The notes beneath the pieces were generated by a model. It was given only the letters and a program-made list of their open reading frames with translations, searched no databases and was not told where the DNA came from. Both the position numbers and the translations under genes were made by a program. DNA of 64,000 bases, taken from NCBI RefSeq assembly GCF_900078365.1, contig NZ_LT598653.1:1837290-1901289 (forward strand). Reading direction: 5' to 3'. Each line of letters opens with the position of its first letter. Within the stretch, counting starts at the first letter, position 1. Of the stretch, positions 1-9,315 are shown piece after piece. The stretch comes from an uncultured Sphingopyxis sp. (GTDB lineage: Bacteria > Pseudomonadota > Alphaproteobacteria > Sphingomonadales > Sphingomonadaceae).

Positions 1-963
1 GTCGACATTGGCGAGGGTCAGGCGGGTCCGATTGTCCTCGATCAGCTTGCGCTGGGCGGCATCGTCGCCCTCGATAAAGAGCGGGCGCAAATCATTGAAA
101 TTATTGCCCTTGAGCGCGAAGGCCTCGACCGTGGTGAGTAGCGGGATGTTGCGCGACGGATCGCTGTGCCCGGCGCTTTTCATGCGCGCTTCGATCGCGT
201 CGCGGCCGAGCAGGTGGATCAGCGTATCGGTCGCGCCATTGTCGCTGACCGAGATCATCCAGTTGGCGAGCGTCTGGAGCGTGACCGGCGTATCTTTGGG
301 CCAGTTCGCGGTGGCGGCGGACGAAAAGCTGAAATGCGACAGCGGCACGACGTCGGACCAGCGGCGCTTGCCCGCCGCGATCTGCGCCGCGAGTTCGTCG
401 AGGATATAGAGCTTGAAGGTCGAACCCGTCGCGAATTGCCGGTCGGCATGGGCCGAGGCGAGCGGGCGGACGGCGTCGCCGCCAAGTTCGGCAACAAGGA
501 AGCCGGTCTGTCCGGGAAGCGCCGCGATCCCGGCGGCCACCTTGTCGAAGCTGTCGTCCGCCATGGTGAAGCCGGTGACGAGGAGCCCGGACACCTTTTC
601 CTGTGGACCGGCATCGACCTCGAGCGAGATGGTGCCGATCCCCTTTTCGAACCGCAACAGCACCGTTCCCGTGCGCCCGTCGGACGATGTCGCCCGGTCG
701 ACCGCGACTGGCGCGCCATATTGCGCGATCAGGCTGGCGGTGATCGCATCGAACTGCGCCTTGGGAACGGCGGCCTGGAACGATGCCGCGAAATAATCGG
801 CATAGGCGATGCGGCCCGCCAGCAGCTCGACGAGCTGCGCCGCGCGCCGATCGAACGCGGTATCGGCCGCCGCCGCCGTTTCGGGCGACTGGACCGCGTG
901 GACGGCGGAGGGCGGCAGCGCCATGGCGGCGAGGCAGAGGGCCGCGAGCATGGGCCTGGTCAT
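1..963 (-). CDS. Secreted serine hydrolase, class A beta-lactamase-like (Cpe/LpqF-type); 3' end runs off the window
   Basis: Absent from the ORF track (no stop in window); translated by hand from ATG at 963, which overlaps the upstream stop (ATGA) and has a GGAGA RBS. Signal peptide MTRPMLAALCLAAMALPPSAVHA, SxxK motif GSTFKLY, SDN motif MISVSDNGATD. Confidence 0.8.
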   Translation of the reverse strand, partial: MTRPMLAALCLAAMALPPSAVHAVQSPETAAAADTAFDRRAAQLVELLAGRIAYADYFAASFQAAVPKAQFDAITASLIAQYGAPVAVDRATSSDGRTGTVLLRFEKGIGTISLEVDAGPQEKVSGLLVTGFTMADDSFDKVAAGIAALPGQTGFLVAELGGDAVRPLASAHADRQFATGSTFKLYILDELAAQIAAGKRRWSDVVPLSHFSFSSAATANWPKDTPVTLQTLANWMISVSDNGATDTLIHLLGRDAIEARMKSAGHSDPSRNIPLLTTVEAFALKGNNFNDLRPLFIEGDDAAQRKLIEDNRTRLTLANVD

Positions 964-1550
964 AGCTTCTCTCCTTCAAAGATACGTGTGCGATCGATCC
1001 GGGCGATCCGGTCGCGAAGCATGGCGGCGGCGCGGCGATTGAGCATCCATATGCCGCCGAACACCAGCAGCTGGAACGCGACGACCAGCAGGAAAACGAG
1101 CGAGCCGCCCATCCCGCTCGCCTTGGCCTGTCCCAGCAGGAAGACCAGCAGGCCGGGCACGAAGGGCGCGAGATACCAGCGGCCGACGCGCGCGAGCATA
1201 TGCTCTTCGCGCACCAGACGGGCCCGGTAATAGCCGCTGATGTCCTGCGCCTCCGCGTCGGGATCGGGCCGCGAGGTGCGACGGGCGAGTTGCCACGCGA
1301 CGACCAGCGCCCCCGCGACAACCAGCAAGCTCCCGAGCTTGACCAGCGGTTCGGTGAAGATCACGGCGTAAAAGGCGAAAATGGCGACGACCAGCGCCGT
1401 CGCGGCATATTCGCGCCGATTGCGCCGGCGGATGGCATCGCCGAAGCGTCCCGCCTGGTGCTTGATCTCGTCGAGCGGGAGCGGTTCGAAAGCGAGCTGG
1501 CTGCCGCGCCAGAGGGCGTGAAGCCCATTGTCGTCGGAAAAATCGGTCAT
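960..1550 (-). CDS. Membrane protein, probable anti-sigma factor of the upstream ECF sigma
   Basis: 196 aa with about 4 hydrophobic segments; overlaps the ECF sigma stop by 4 nt. Confidence 0.6.
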   Translation of the reverse strand: MTDFSDDNGLHALWRGSQLAFEPLPLDEIKHQAGRFGDAIRRRNRREYAATALVVAIFAFYAVIFTEPLVKLGSLLVVAGALVVAWQLARRTSRPDPDAEAQDISGYYRARLVREEHMLARVGRWYLAPFVPGLLVFLLGQAKASGMGGSLVFLLVVAFQLLVFGGIWMLNRRAAAMLRDRIARIDRTRIFEGEKL

Positions 1551-2098
1551 CTTGCATCTCCGGCGCCGGCGAAGCGGCGCGTCAGCATGGATTTGAAGCG
1601 ATGAATCTTGGTTGCCACGGCGTCGGGCGATACGCCGGTGACCGCGCCGATTTCGGTACCGGCGACGCCTTCGAGATAGAGGAGCAATATCTGCCGGTCG
1701 GGCGGGTCGAGCCGGTCGATGATCGCGAGGATCAACGCCATGGCACGGTCGCTATCGGCGCATTCAAAGGGCGTGGCGCCGGTATCGGCGATCTCGACAT
1801 CCTCGATCGACGACCAGCCGCGCTGCGCGTGGCGCTTGTTGGCAAGCATGTGCGACGTCGCGCGATTATGCGCGACGCGCCACACCCATGTGCTGAGCGA
1901 ACAGCGGCCGTCGAAGGCGGCGAAGCTTTGCCACAGCGCGACCTGCAATTCCTGTTCGAGATCGCGCCGCAGCTCGGCATCGGCTTCATAGCCGCGCGCG
2001 AGCCGGGCGAGCGCAGCGCCGAAGCGGTCGATCGCTTCCGCGAAAAGCCGATCCTGATCCCCCTCGGCCACGCCGCTCTCCAATCTTTCGTGTCGCAT
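1547..2098 (-). CDS. ECF RNA polymerase sigma-70 factor
   Basis: Region 2 (DLEQELQVALWQSFAAFDGRCSLSTWVWRVAHN) and region 4 HTH (LDPPDRQILLLYLEGVAGTEIGAVTG). Confidence 0.9.
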   Translation of the reverse strand: MRHERLESGVAEGDQDRLFAEAIDRFGAALARLARGYEADAELRRDLEQELQVALWQSFAAFDGRCSLSTWVWRVAHNRATSHMLANKRHAQRGWSSIEDVEIADTGATPFECADSDRAMALILAIIDRLDPPDRQILLLYLEGVAGTEIGAVTGVSPDAVATKIHRFKSMLTRRFAGAGDAR

Positions 2099-2153
2099 GC
2101 CCTTTTAGTCGGCGGGGCGGCGACTTTCTGACGGAGACGCGAAAATTTTCTCG

Positions 2154-4133
2154 TCAGGCGTCGATCGCCGCCTCGTCGAGCGTCGCGGCATTGGCCTGGA
2201 TGAACTGGAAACGGTGCTCGGGATGCTTGCCCATCAGCCGGTCGACCAGATCCTTGACCTGATGCCGCTCCTCATATTCCTGCGGCAGCGTGACGCGCAG
2301 CATCGACCGCGTCGCGGGGTCCATTGTCGTTTCTTTCAATTGGTTGGGGTTCATTTCTCCCAACCCTTTGAAGCGCCCGACCTCGACCTTCTTGCCCTTG
2401 AACAGCGTCGTCTCGAGCTCGGCGCGGTGCGCGTCGTCGCGCGCATAGGCCGAGAGATTGCCCGCGGTCAGGCGATAGAGCGGCGGTTGCGCGAGATAAA
2501 CATGCCCCTCACGCACGATGTCGGGCATTTCCTGGAAGAAGAAGGTCATCAGCAGGGTCGCGATATGCGCGCCATCGACGTCGGCATCGGTCATGATCAC
2601 GATCTTGTCGTAGCGGAGGCGATCGGCGTCGCAATCCTTGCGCATCCCGCAGCCCAGCGCGAGCGCGAGGTCGGCGATTTCCTGATTGGCGCGGATCTTG
2701 TCGGCGCTGGCGCTCGCGACGTTCAATATCTTGCCGCGGATCGGCAGGATCGCCTGCGTCTTGCGGTCGCGCGCCTGCTTGGCGCTGCCGCCCGCGCTGT
2801 CGCCTTCGACGATAAACAATTCCGTGCCTTCGGGGCCGTCGTTCGCACAGTCGGTGAGCTTGCCGGGCAGGCGCAGCTTGCGCCCGCTGGTCGCGGTCTT
2901 GCGCTTGACCTCGCGCTCGGCCTTGCGCTTCAGCCGCTCGTCCATGCGGTCGAGGACGAGGCCCAGAAGCGCGCGGCCGCGGTCCATATTGTCCGACAGG
3001 AAATGGTCGAAATGGTCGCGCACGGCATTTTCGGTGAAGCGCGCGGCCTCGGGGCTCGACAGCCGGTCCTTGGTCTGGCTCTGGAACTGCGGGTCGCGGA
3101 TGAAGACCGACAGCATCATCTCGCCGCCGTTGAACACGTCCTCGGCGGTGATCTGCGTGGCCTTCTTCTGCCCGATCAGCTCGCCGAACGCGCGGAGCCC
3201 CTTGGTCAGCGCCGCGCGCAGCCCCGCTTCGTGCGTGCCGCCCGCGGGGGTCGGGATGGTGTTGCAATACCAGCTGTACGATCCATCGGACCAGAGCGGC
3301 CAGGCGATCGCCCATTCGGCGCGGCCCTGCTCGCCCGGGAACTCCTGGCGCCCGACGAACGGTTCGGCCGTCGCGCATTCGCGGGTGCCGATCTGTTCCT
3401 TGAGGTGGTCCGCAAGCCCGCCGGGGAACTGGAACACCGCTTCGGCGGGCGTGTCGTCGCCGATCAGCTCGGGGGCGCATTTCCAGCGGATTTCGACGCC
3501 GGCGAACAGATAGGCCTTCGACCGCGCCATGCGATAGAGGCGCTGCGGCTTGAAGCGGCCATGCTCGCCGAAGATTTCAGGATCGGGAACGAAAGAGACG
3601 CTGGTGCCGCGGCGATTGGGCGTCGGGCCCAGCTCCTCGATCCCGCCGAGCGGGAGCCCGCGCGAAAAACGCTGGCGATAGAGCAGCTTGCTGCGCGCGA
3701 CTTCGATCACCGTGTCGGTCGACAGGGCGTTGACGACGCTGACCCCGACGCCGTGGAGACCGCCTGAGGTCGCATAGGCCTTGCCTTCGAACTTCCCGCC
3801 CGAATGGAGCATCGTCATGATGACCTCGAGCGCCGACTTGCCCGGGAACTTCGGATGCGGATCGACCGGCATGCCGCGCCCGTTGTCGACGACGGTCAGC
3901 CGGTTGCCGACGTCGAGCGTGATCTCGATGCGCGTCGCATGGCCGGCGACGGCTTCGTCCATGCTGTTGTCGATGACCTCGGCGGCGAGATGATGGAGCG
4001 CGCGCTCGTCGGTGCCGCCGATATACATGCCGGGGCGGCGGCGGACGGGTTCGAGTCCCTCAAGCACCTCGATCTGCGAAGCGTTGTAGCTGTCGGTGGC
4101 GGGGCTCGCGGCGTCGAACAAATCGTGACTCAT
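2154..4133 (-). CDS. parE: DNA topoisomerase IV subunit B
   Basis: GHKL ATPase motifs (VRRRPGMYIG, EVIDNSMDE, SGGLHGVGVSVVNALS), TOPRIM motifs (VEGDSAGGS, MTDADVDG) and RFKGLGEM. Start trimmed to MSHDLF at 4133. Confidence 0.93.
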   Translation of the reverse strand: MSHDLFDAASPATDSYNASQIEVLEGLEPVRRRPGMYIGGTDERALHHLAAEVIDNSMDEAVAGHATRIEITLDVGNRLTVVDNGRGMPVDPHPKFPGKSALEVIMTMLHSGGKFEGKAYATSGGLHGVGVSVVNALSTDTVIEVARSKLLYRQRFSRGLPLGGIEELGPTPNRRGTSVSFVPDPEIFGEHGRFKPQRLYRMARSKAYLFAGVEIRWKCAPELIGDDTPAEAVFQFPGGLADHLKEQIGTRECATAEPFVGRQEFPGEQGRAEWAIAWPLWSDGSYSWYCNTIPTPAGGTHEAGLRAALTKGLRAFGELIGQKKATQITAEDVFNGGEMMLSVFIRDPQFQSQTKDRLSSPEAARFTENAVRDHFDHFLSDNMDRGRALLGLVLDRMDERLKRKAEREVKRKTATSGRKLRLPGKLTDCANDGPEGTELFIVEGDSAGGSAKQARDRKTQAILPIRGKILNVASASADKIRANQEIADLALALGCGMRKDCDADRLRYDKIVIMTDADVDGAHIATLLMTFFFQEMPDIVREGHVYLAQPPLYRLTAGNLSAYARDDAHRAELETTLFKGKKVEVGRFKGLGEMNPNQLKETTMDPATRSMLRVTLPQEYEERHQVKDLVDRLMGKHPEHRFQFIQANAATLDEAAIDA

Positions 4134-4304
4134 AAGATGGCTATAAGGGGCGGGGAAGGGCCCTGGCAAGCGCGGTTTTGCGCCGCGCTCGCGCATCTCG
4201 CCGCTGGCTCGGTTCATCGCATTTCGGCGACGGCAAGGAACTTTGGCGGCTGCCGCCGGGTTGGATCAGCGACTGTAAAGTCACCAAAAAGTGGAGTAAT
4301 AACA

Positions 4305-5141
4305 ATGAAATTCGCAGCTCTCCTCGCCGTTTCGGCGGCTTCCTTGCTCGCCGTTCCGGCCATCGCGCAGGACAATCGCGATGCGTCACAGGACTTCGAC
4401 GGGCCCTATGTCTCGATCGGCGGCGGCGCCTCGCTTCAGGGAAGCGACCGCGGCGAAACCCTGATCTTCGACACCGACCAGGACGGCACCTATGGCGACC
4501 CGGTAAACACCGCAGGCGGCACCAATGCCTTCGCGCCGGGCTTCTGCAACGGCGCCGCGACGGGGACCGCCAATGCCGGCTGCCGCAACGACAAGGACGG
4601 ACCCGAATATTTCGGGCGCCTCGGCTATGACAAGCGCCTGGGCAATTTCGTGCTCGGCGCGGTGATCGAGGGCGGCCGGAGCGAAGCGCGCGACAGCGTC
4701 AGCGGCTTTTCGACGACGCCCGCAAGCTACACAATGAGCCGCGAGGCCGACTATCAGGCGAACGCCCGCCTGCGCGCCGGCTATACGCCGGGCGGCGGCG
4801 CGCTCTTCTATGTCACGGGCGGCGGCGCCTATGCCCGCCTCGACAACAAGTTCGCGACGACCAATGCCGCCAACAGCTTCGACGACAACGGCAAGACCAA
4901 CGCATGGGGCTATGCCGTCGGCGGCGGCGCCGAGGTGATGGTCACGAAGAAGATCGGGCTCGGGCTCGAATATCTCTACACCGACGTCAAGGACAAGGAT
5001 TATGTCGTGAACGTCGGCGCGGGCAGCGCGGACCCGGCGACCAACCCGTTCCTGCTGAACGGCGGCGGGACCGACATCCGCCGCAGCGATCCGCATTTCC
5101 GCACCCACAGCGTGCGCGGGACGTTGAGCTACCGCTTCTGA
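4305..5141 (+). CDS. Outer-membrane beta-barrel protein (Omp25/OmpA-like transmembrane family)
   Basis: Signal peptide MKFAALLAVSAASLLAVPAIA, alternating beta strands, terminal YRF; GGAG RBS. Confidence 0.8.
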   Translation: MKFAALLAVSAASLLAVPAIAQDNRDASQDFDGPYVSIGGGASLQGSDRGETLIFDTDQDGTYGDPVNTAGGTNAFAPGFCNGAATGTANAGCRNDKDGPEYFGRLGYDKRLGNFVLGAVIEGGRSEARDSVSGFSTTPASYTMSREADYQANARLRAGYTPGGGALFYVTGGGAYARLDNKFATTNAANSFDDNGKTNAWGYAVGGGAEVMVTKKIGLGLEYLYTDVKDKDYVVNVGAGSADPATNPFLLNGGGTDIRRSDPHFRTHSVRGTLSYRF

Positions 5142-5161
5142 CCTCTTGGGAGCGGAAAGGG

Positions 5162-5192
5162 AGGCGCCGGGTCGATGGGTCCGGCGCCTTTC
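5162..5192 (+). terminator. Probable intrinsic terminator of the OMP gene
   Basis: 9-bp stem AGGCGCCGG/CCGGCGCCT followed by TTCGCTTGT. Confidence 0.55.
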
Positions 5193-5242
5193 GCTTGTCT
5201 AGCGTGTGATCGGGCTCGACTGAAACACGGCCTTCCTCGTGC

Positions 5243-5320
5243 CGTCATCCCGGCGAAGGCCGGGATCTCATCGCTTCGTCCTGAGGCACCGGCGGGATCC
5301 CGGCCTTCGCCGGGATGACG
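5243..5320. repeat. CGTC-type REP doublet (inverted pair)
   Basis: CGTCATCCCGGCGAAGGCCGGGATC ... GATCCCGGCCTTCGCCGGGATGACG; the same unit recurs at 30342, 41551, 50435 and 54981. Confidence 0.9.
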
Positions 5321-5341
5321 ATTCATATATGATGATCGGCT

Positions 5342-5740
5342 TTAGCGTGCGTGCGGCGCGGCGAAGATCGCGAAATTGCCGTTCGCGCTCGCGACGAGCC
5401 GGTCGTGCTGGAACAGCCGCGCGTCGATGTTCGCGACGCGCTTGCCCTTGTGCAGCACGCTTGCGTCGCAGATCAGCCGGCCCTCGCGCACGCCGACATG
5501 ATAGTTGAACTTGATCTCCAGCGTCGCGCACCAGAAACCCTCGTCCAGCGTGCTGAACAGCGCGCCGCCCATCGCCGTGTCGGCGAGCGAATAGGCGACG
5601 CCGCCGTGCGCGACGCCCTGCGGATTGAAATGGCGCGCGGCCTCTATGTCGATCGCCATCGTGCAGCGCCCGTCGCCGCGCTCGACCATTTGCAGGCCGA
5701 GCGCGCGGGCGAATTCGAAGTCCTGCCCGAAGGGCCTCAC
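5342..5740 (-). CDS. PaaI-family hotdog thioesterase
   Basis: NPQGVAHGGVAYSLADTAMG and TLEIKFNY motifs. Confidence 0.85.
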   Translation of the reverse strand: MRPFGQDFEFARALGLQMVERGDGRCTMAIDIEAARHFNPQGVAHGGVAYSLADTAMGGALFSTLDEGFWCATLEIKFNYHVGVREGRLICDASVLHKGKRVANIDARLFQHDRLVASANGNFAIFAAPHAR

Positions 5741-5749
5741 CGGACGCGC

Positions 5750-6427
5750 TTAACGAACGCGGGGGCCGCCGAAGGGCGGGGGCGGGGGCGGGCGGCGCGT
5801 GCCGCGCGGCAGCTGCGCCTGATAGGCGCGGCCGCAATGCTCGACGCAATAGGGGAAGCCGGGGTTCACCGCTTCGCCGCAGAAATGGAAGTCGGGCTCG
5901 CCCGGATGCCCCATCGGCCAGCGGCAGATGCGGTCGTTGAGGTCGAGCAGGCTCGTCTTGTCGGCGATCTCGGGGCTCGGCTTCGCGGGCACCAGCCGGC
6001 GCGGCGGCGCGGGCGGGATCGGCGCCTGCTGGTCGCCGGGGCCCTGGCGGATGAAGCCGCCGGGGCCGATCGAGACGATGCGCGGCGCATCGGGCTTCGG
6101 CGCGGCCTCGACGCCGCCTTGCTCCGCCTGAACCGGAGGTTTGGGTTCGGGTTTGGGCGCCGCCGCCACGGGGCGCGGCGCAGCCGGGGCGGCGGGGCGC
6201 GGCGCGGCGGCAGGCGTCGCGGGTTTCGGTGCGGCGGCCTTGACCGGCCTTGCCGCCTTTTCGGTCGCCTTGACCGGCGAGGGGCGCGATTTCAGGCCGA
6301 GGCGGTGCGCCTTACCGATCACCGCATTGCGGCTGACCCCGCCGAGCTCGTCGGCGATCTGGCTGGCGGTCAGGCCCTTTTCCCACATGCTGCGCAGCTG
6401 TTCGATGCGCTCGTCAGTCCATGACAT
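5750..6427 (-). CDS. gcrA: Cell-cycle regulator GcrA
   Basis: MSWTDERIEQLRSMWEKGLTASQIA...SRNAVIGKAHRLGL, Pro/Ala linker, C-terminal CRWPMGHP...FCG...YCVEH. Confidence 0.95.
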   Translation of the reverse strand: MSWTDERIEQLRSMWEKGLTASQIADELGGVSRNAVIGKAHRLGLKSRPSPVKATEKAARPVKAAAPKPATPAAAPRPAAPAAPRPVAAAPKPEPKPPVQAEQGGVEAAPKPDAPRIVSIGPGGFIRQGPGDQQAPIPPAPPRRLVPAKPSPEIADKTSLLDLNDRICRWPMGHPGEPDFHFCGEAVNPGFPYCVEHCGRAYQAQLPRGTRRPPPPPPFGGPRVR

Positions 6428-6545
6428 CCAAATATTCCTCATCATTCCAGACCGCGGGCCATATCGTCCGCATCGCGATCCTTTCGGATCGATGTCGCGG
6501 GCGGCAGCTTGCGGTAGGATCGGGGAGGCGATAGGCGAGAACGCC

Positions 6546-7418
6546 ATGAACGACCAGCCCCAAATTTCGAACCCCGACTCAGCGAATATCCGCTCAGGTC
6601 CGGCTTTCGCCGAACCCGGCGTCCCGCACATCCACACGCTGAACGTGCCGGGCATGCAGGCGCTATATGTCAAGGAGGTGCGGCGCTTTTTCAAGGTCCA
6701 GTTGCAAACAATCTGGGCTCCCGCGATCACCACGCTTCTTTTTCTCGTCATTTTCACCGTCGCGCTCGGCGGCGCGGGGCGCACCGTCATCGGCGTGCCC
6801 TTCGCCGATTTCATCGCGCCCGGCCTGATCATGATGGCGATGCTCCAGAACAGCTTCGCCAATTCCAGCTTCTCGCTCCTCGTCGGCAAGATACAGGGGA
6901 CGATCGTCGATTATCTGATGCCGCCGCTCGCGGTCGGCGAGTTGATCATCGCGCTGATCGGCGCCGCGGTCACCCGCGCGATCCTCGTCGGCCTCGCGCT
7001 CTGGCTCGCGATGCTCTTCTGGCCCGGCGTCCATGTCGGCGCCGATCATCCATGGGCCGTCGCTGTCTTCGGCATTCTCGGCGCGATGATGCTCGGCTTT
7101 CTCGGGCTCATCACGTCTGTGTGGGCCGAAAAGTTCGACCATGCCGCGGCGGTGACCAATTTCGTCGTGACGCCGCTCGCGCTGCTGTCGGGCACCTTCT
7201 ATTCGGTCGACAAGCTCGCGCCCTGGTTCCAGACGATCGCGCACGGCAACCCCGTCTATTACGCGATCATGGGCTTTCGCTACGGCTTCATCGACACGGT
7301 CGATTCGACGATCGCCAATCCGGTGCCGACGGCGGCGCTGGTGCTGGTCGCGGTCAACATCCTGCTCGGCGTCATCACCTACCGCTTGCTCGCGTCGGGC
7401 TGGAAGCTGAAGGCCTGA
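6546..7418 (+). CDS. ABC-2 type transporter permease (YadH-like)
   Basis: LYVKEVRRFFKVQLQTIWAP, FIAPGLIMMAM, LSGTFYSV, NPVYYAIMGFRYG; multiple TM helices. Confidence 0.85.
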   Translation: MNDQPQISNPDSANIRSGPAFAEPGVPHIHTLNVPGMQALYVKEVRRFFKVQLQTIWAPAITTLLFLVIFTVALGGAGRTVIGVPFADFIAPGLIMMAMLQNSFANSSFSLLVGKIQGTIVDYLMPPLAVGELIIALIGAAVTRAILVGLALWLAMLFWPGVHVGADHPWAVAVFGILGAMMLGFLGLITSVWAEKFDHAAAVTNFVVTPLALLSGTFYSVDKLAPWFQTIAHGNPVYYAIMGFRYGFIDTVDSTIANPVPTAALVLVAVNILLGVITYRLLASGWKLKA

Positions 7419-7427
7419 TCTTGTAAG

Positions 7428-7553
7428 TCCTCCCTGTTGCGCAGCAATGGGGAGGGGGACCGCTCGCGTAGCGAGTGGTGGAGGGGCCGTGTCACGAGCC
7501 CCTCCGTCAGCGCTTCGCGCTGCCACCTCCCCATGCCTGCGGCACAGGGAGGA
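7428..7553. repeat. ~126-bp intergenic repeat element with terminal inverted repeats (CIR/RIME-like), copy 1
   Basis: TCCTCCCTGT...ACAGGGAGGA termini; internal sequence closely matches 42797-42929. Confidence 0.85.
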
Positions 7554-7564
7554 TCATTTTCCAC

Positions 7565-7939
7565 TTAATGCCGGTGGATCGCGCGGACGCGGTAGCGGCC
7601 GTGATCGAGCCCGTCGAACATCGCCTCGATCTGCGGATGATCGATCGGCCCGCCGTCGCCGTCGGCGACCAGATTTTGCTGGCTGACATAGGCGATATAG
7701 GATGAATCGCCATTTTCGGCGAGCAGGTGGTAATAGGGTTGTTCCTTGGCGGGCCGGATTTCCTCAGGGATCGCCTCATACCATTCGTCGCTGTTCGCAA
7801 AGACGGGATCGATGTCGAACACGACGCCGCGAAAGTCGAACATGCGGTGACGCACGATGTCGCCCGGCGCAAAGCGCGCGCGGCCGATCAGCGGCGCCGT
7901 AACGGTCACGGGAGCTTCGGAAGAGGACTCGGGTGTCAT
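7565..7939 (-). CDS. hspQ: Heat shock protein HspQ
   Basis: ARFAPGDIVRHRMFDFRGVVFDIDP, QPYYHLLAEN, YVSQQNL. Confidence 0.92.
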   Translation of the reverse strand: MTPESSSEAPVTVTAPLIGRARFAPGDIVRHRMFDFRGVVFDIDPVFANSDEWYEAIPEEIRPAKEQPYYHLLAENGDSSYIAYVSQQNLVADGDGGPIDHPQIEAMFDGLDHGRYRVRAIHRH

Positions 7940-7948
7940 ATGGTCAAT

Positions 7949-7974
7949 CTATGGCTGTTTACGCCTGTTTCAAG
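7949..7974 (-). promoter_or_regulatory. Candidate RpoH (sigma32) promoter of hspQ, near-leaderless
   Basis: Minus strand CTTGAA-N14-CCATAG ending 9 nt before the hspQ ATG; matches the sigma32 consensus and the gene's function. Confidence 0.5.
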
Positions 7975-8117
7975 TCCGTTACATTCGCACCGGCCGCGGT
8001 TTGCCGAATCGGCTGTGACCGACGTTACAGATGCACTGGCTATCCGGGCTAAATGGCTCCTCTGGCTTGAGCATTTCCCATTCGGGTTGCGGGCCGCACC
8101 TTCAGGGGAGAAATATT

Positions 8118-8744
8118 ATGGCTGACATACCACCCAATATCTCCGGCCCGGCATCGGGCATCGTCCAGCGCGCGAAGGATATCCTGCTCAAACCGAAGGA
8201 GACCTGGCCCGTAATCGCCGCCGAGCCCGCGACGACGCAATCGATCTATGTGCCCTATGTCGTGGTGCTCGCCGCGATCGGACCGATCGCGCAGTTCATC
8301 GGCGGGCAAGTCTTCGGCTTCACCGCCTTTGGCGTGACCTACCATCCGCCGATCGGCACCGCGCTGGGTTCGGCGCTTCTGACCTATGGCCTGACGCTCG
8401 CGACCATCTTCATCCTCGCGCTCGTTATCGACGGCCTCGCGCCCAATTTCGGCGGGCAGAAGGATCAGGTGCAGGCGCTCAAGGTCGCGGCCTATTCGGC
8501 GACGGCGGGCTGGGTCGGCGGCATTTTCGGGCTTGTCCCGGCGCTCGCCGCCATCGGCATCCTGTTCGCGCTTTACGGCCTCTATCTCCTCTATCTCGGC
8601 CTGCCGGTGCTGATGAAGGCGCCCGAGGACAAGGCGCTCGGTTACACCGTCGTCGTGGTCATCGTCTATATCGTGCTGTTCCTGATCGTCGGGGCGATCG
8701 TCGCCTCGCTGACCGCGCCGTCGCTGCTCAGCATCCGGGGGTGA
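8118..8744 (+). CDS. Yip1-domain membrane protein
   Basis: ILLKPKETWPVIAAEP start, about 5 TM helices, ALKVAAYSATAGWVGG, YGLYLLYLGLPVLMK. Confidence 0.85.
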   Translation: MADIPPNISGPASGIVQRAKDILLKPKETWPVIAAEPATTQSIYVPYVVVLAAIGPIAQFIGGQVFGFTAFGVTYHPPIGTALGSALLTYGLTLATIFILALVIDGLAPNFGGQKDQVQALKVAAYSATAGWVGGIFGLVPALAAIGILFALYGLYLLYLGLPVLMKAPEDKALGYTVVVVIVYIVLFLIVGAIVASLTAPSLLSIRG

Positions 8745-8807
8745 CCATTCCGGCCGTCCCGGCCGAGGCCGGGGCGGCTGTTCGCCTGGGTCGAGATCAG
8801 GGAAAAA

Positions 8808-8822
8808 TGGAGGAGAGTGAGG
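8808..8822. repeat. att direct repeat: displaced 3' end of tRNA-Ser
   Basis: TGGAGGAGAGTGAGG identical to 30179-30193 (tRNA acceptor stem plus CCA); followed by an AT-rich stretch. Confidence 0.85.
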
Positions 8823-9315
8823 ATCCCGTTTGGACTATCTAACTATTTGTTATATTATACTAATTCTCTCACCAAAAAACTCTTGCCACACATCCTATTT
8901 CACGCATTTTCCTCTGTTGCGGAGAATTCTCAACTGCGGGCAGAGTGCATGCCTGTCTCACGACGACCGAATGACTGCTTTTTGTGTAACGCACCCGAGA
9001 GTTGCCGGTCTCTTTCCGTGAAGAGTTTCAGACGCCGGTAGGCGTCAGAAAGTCTGCGATGCCCGAACCGCGGGTTGCATAGGCTGATCTATGGGGAAAG
9101 CGGTTTTGAGCGGGACGATGGGTAACCGAGAGCTGTCCAAAAGCGGACGGATCTGAGAGCAGACCGTCTGGATGTAGGTTGCGAAAGCGGACGTCGAAAA
9201 GCGGACGGACCGATTTTACTGTTCCGGCGTCTGCTTTTGAGCCGGGCCAGCGCAAGCGGGTCCGCTTCCAGACGCGGGTCTGGCCTGGATGGTGTTGGCG
9301 ATAGGCCGTGCCGGA

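Noticed and set aside
2214-3767. Long antisense or alternate-frame ORFs (e.g. 517 aa here, 1044 aa at 47150-50284, 592 aa at 36397-38175)
   Set aside because: They are shadows of well-supported genes in high-GC DNA, are Arg/Ala/Gly-rich, and have no motifs or RBS.
2154-4133. parE without adjacent parC; possible gyrB call
   Set aside because: Separation of parE and parC is usual in alphaproteobacteria. The length and lack of the proteobacterial GyrB insert favour ParE.
5243-5320. Repeated palindromes as a CRISPR array
   Set aside because: Copies are dispersed and inverted, with no regular spacers and no cas genes.
8817-9041. Short AT-rich ORFs beside the att repeat
   Set aside because: No RBS and atypical composition; more likely non-coding att-arm sequence.
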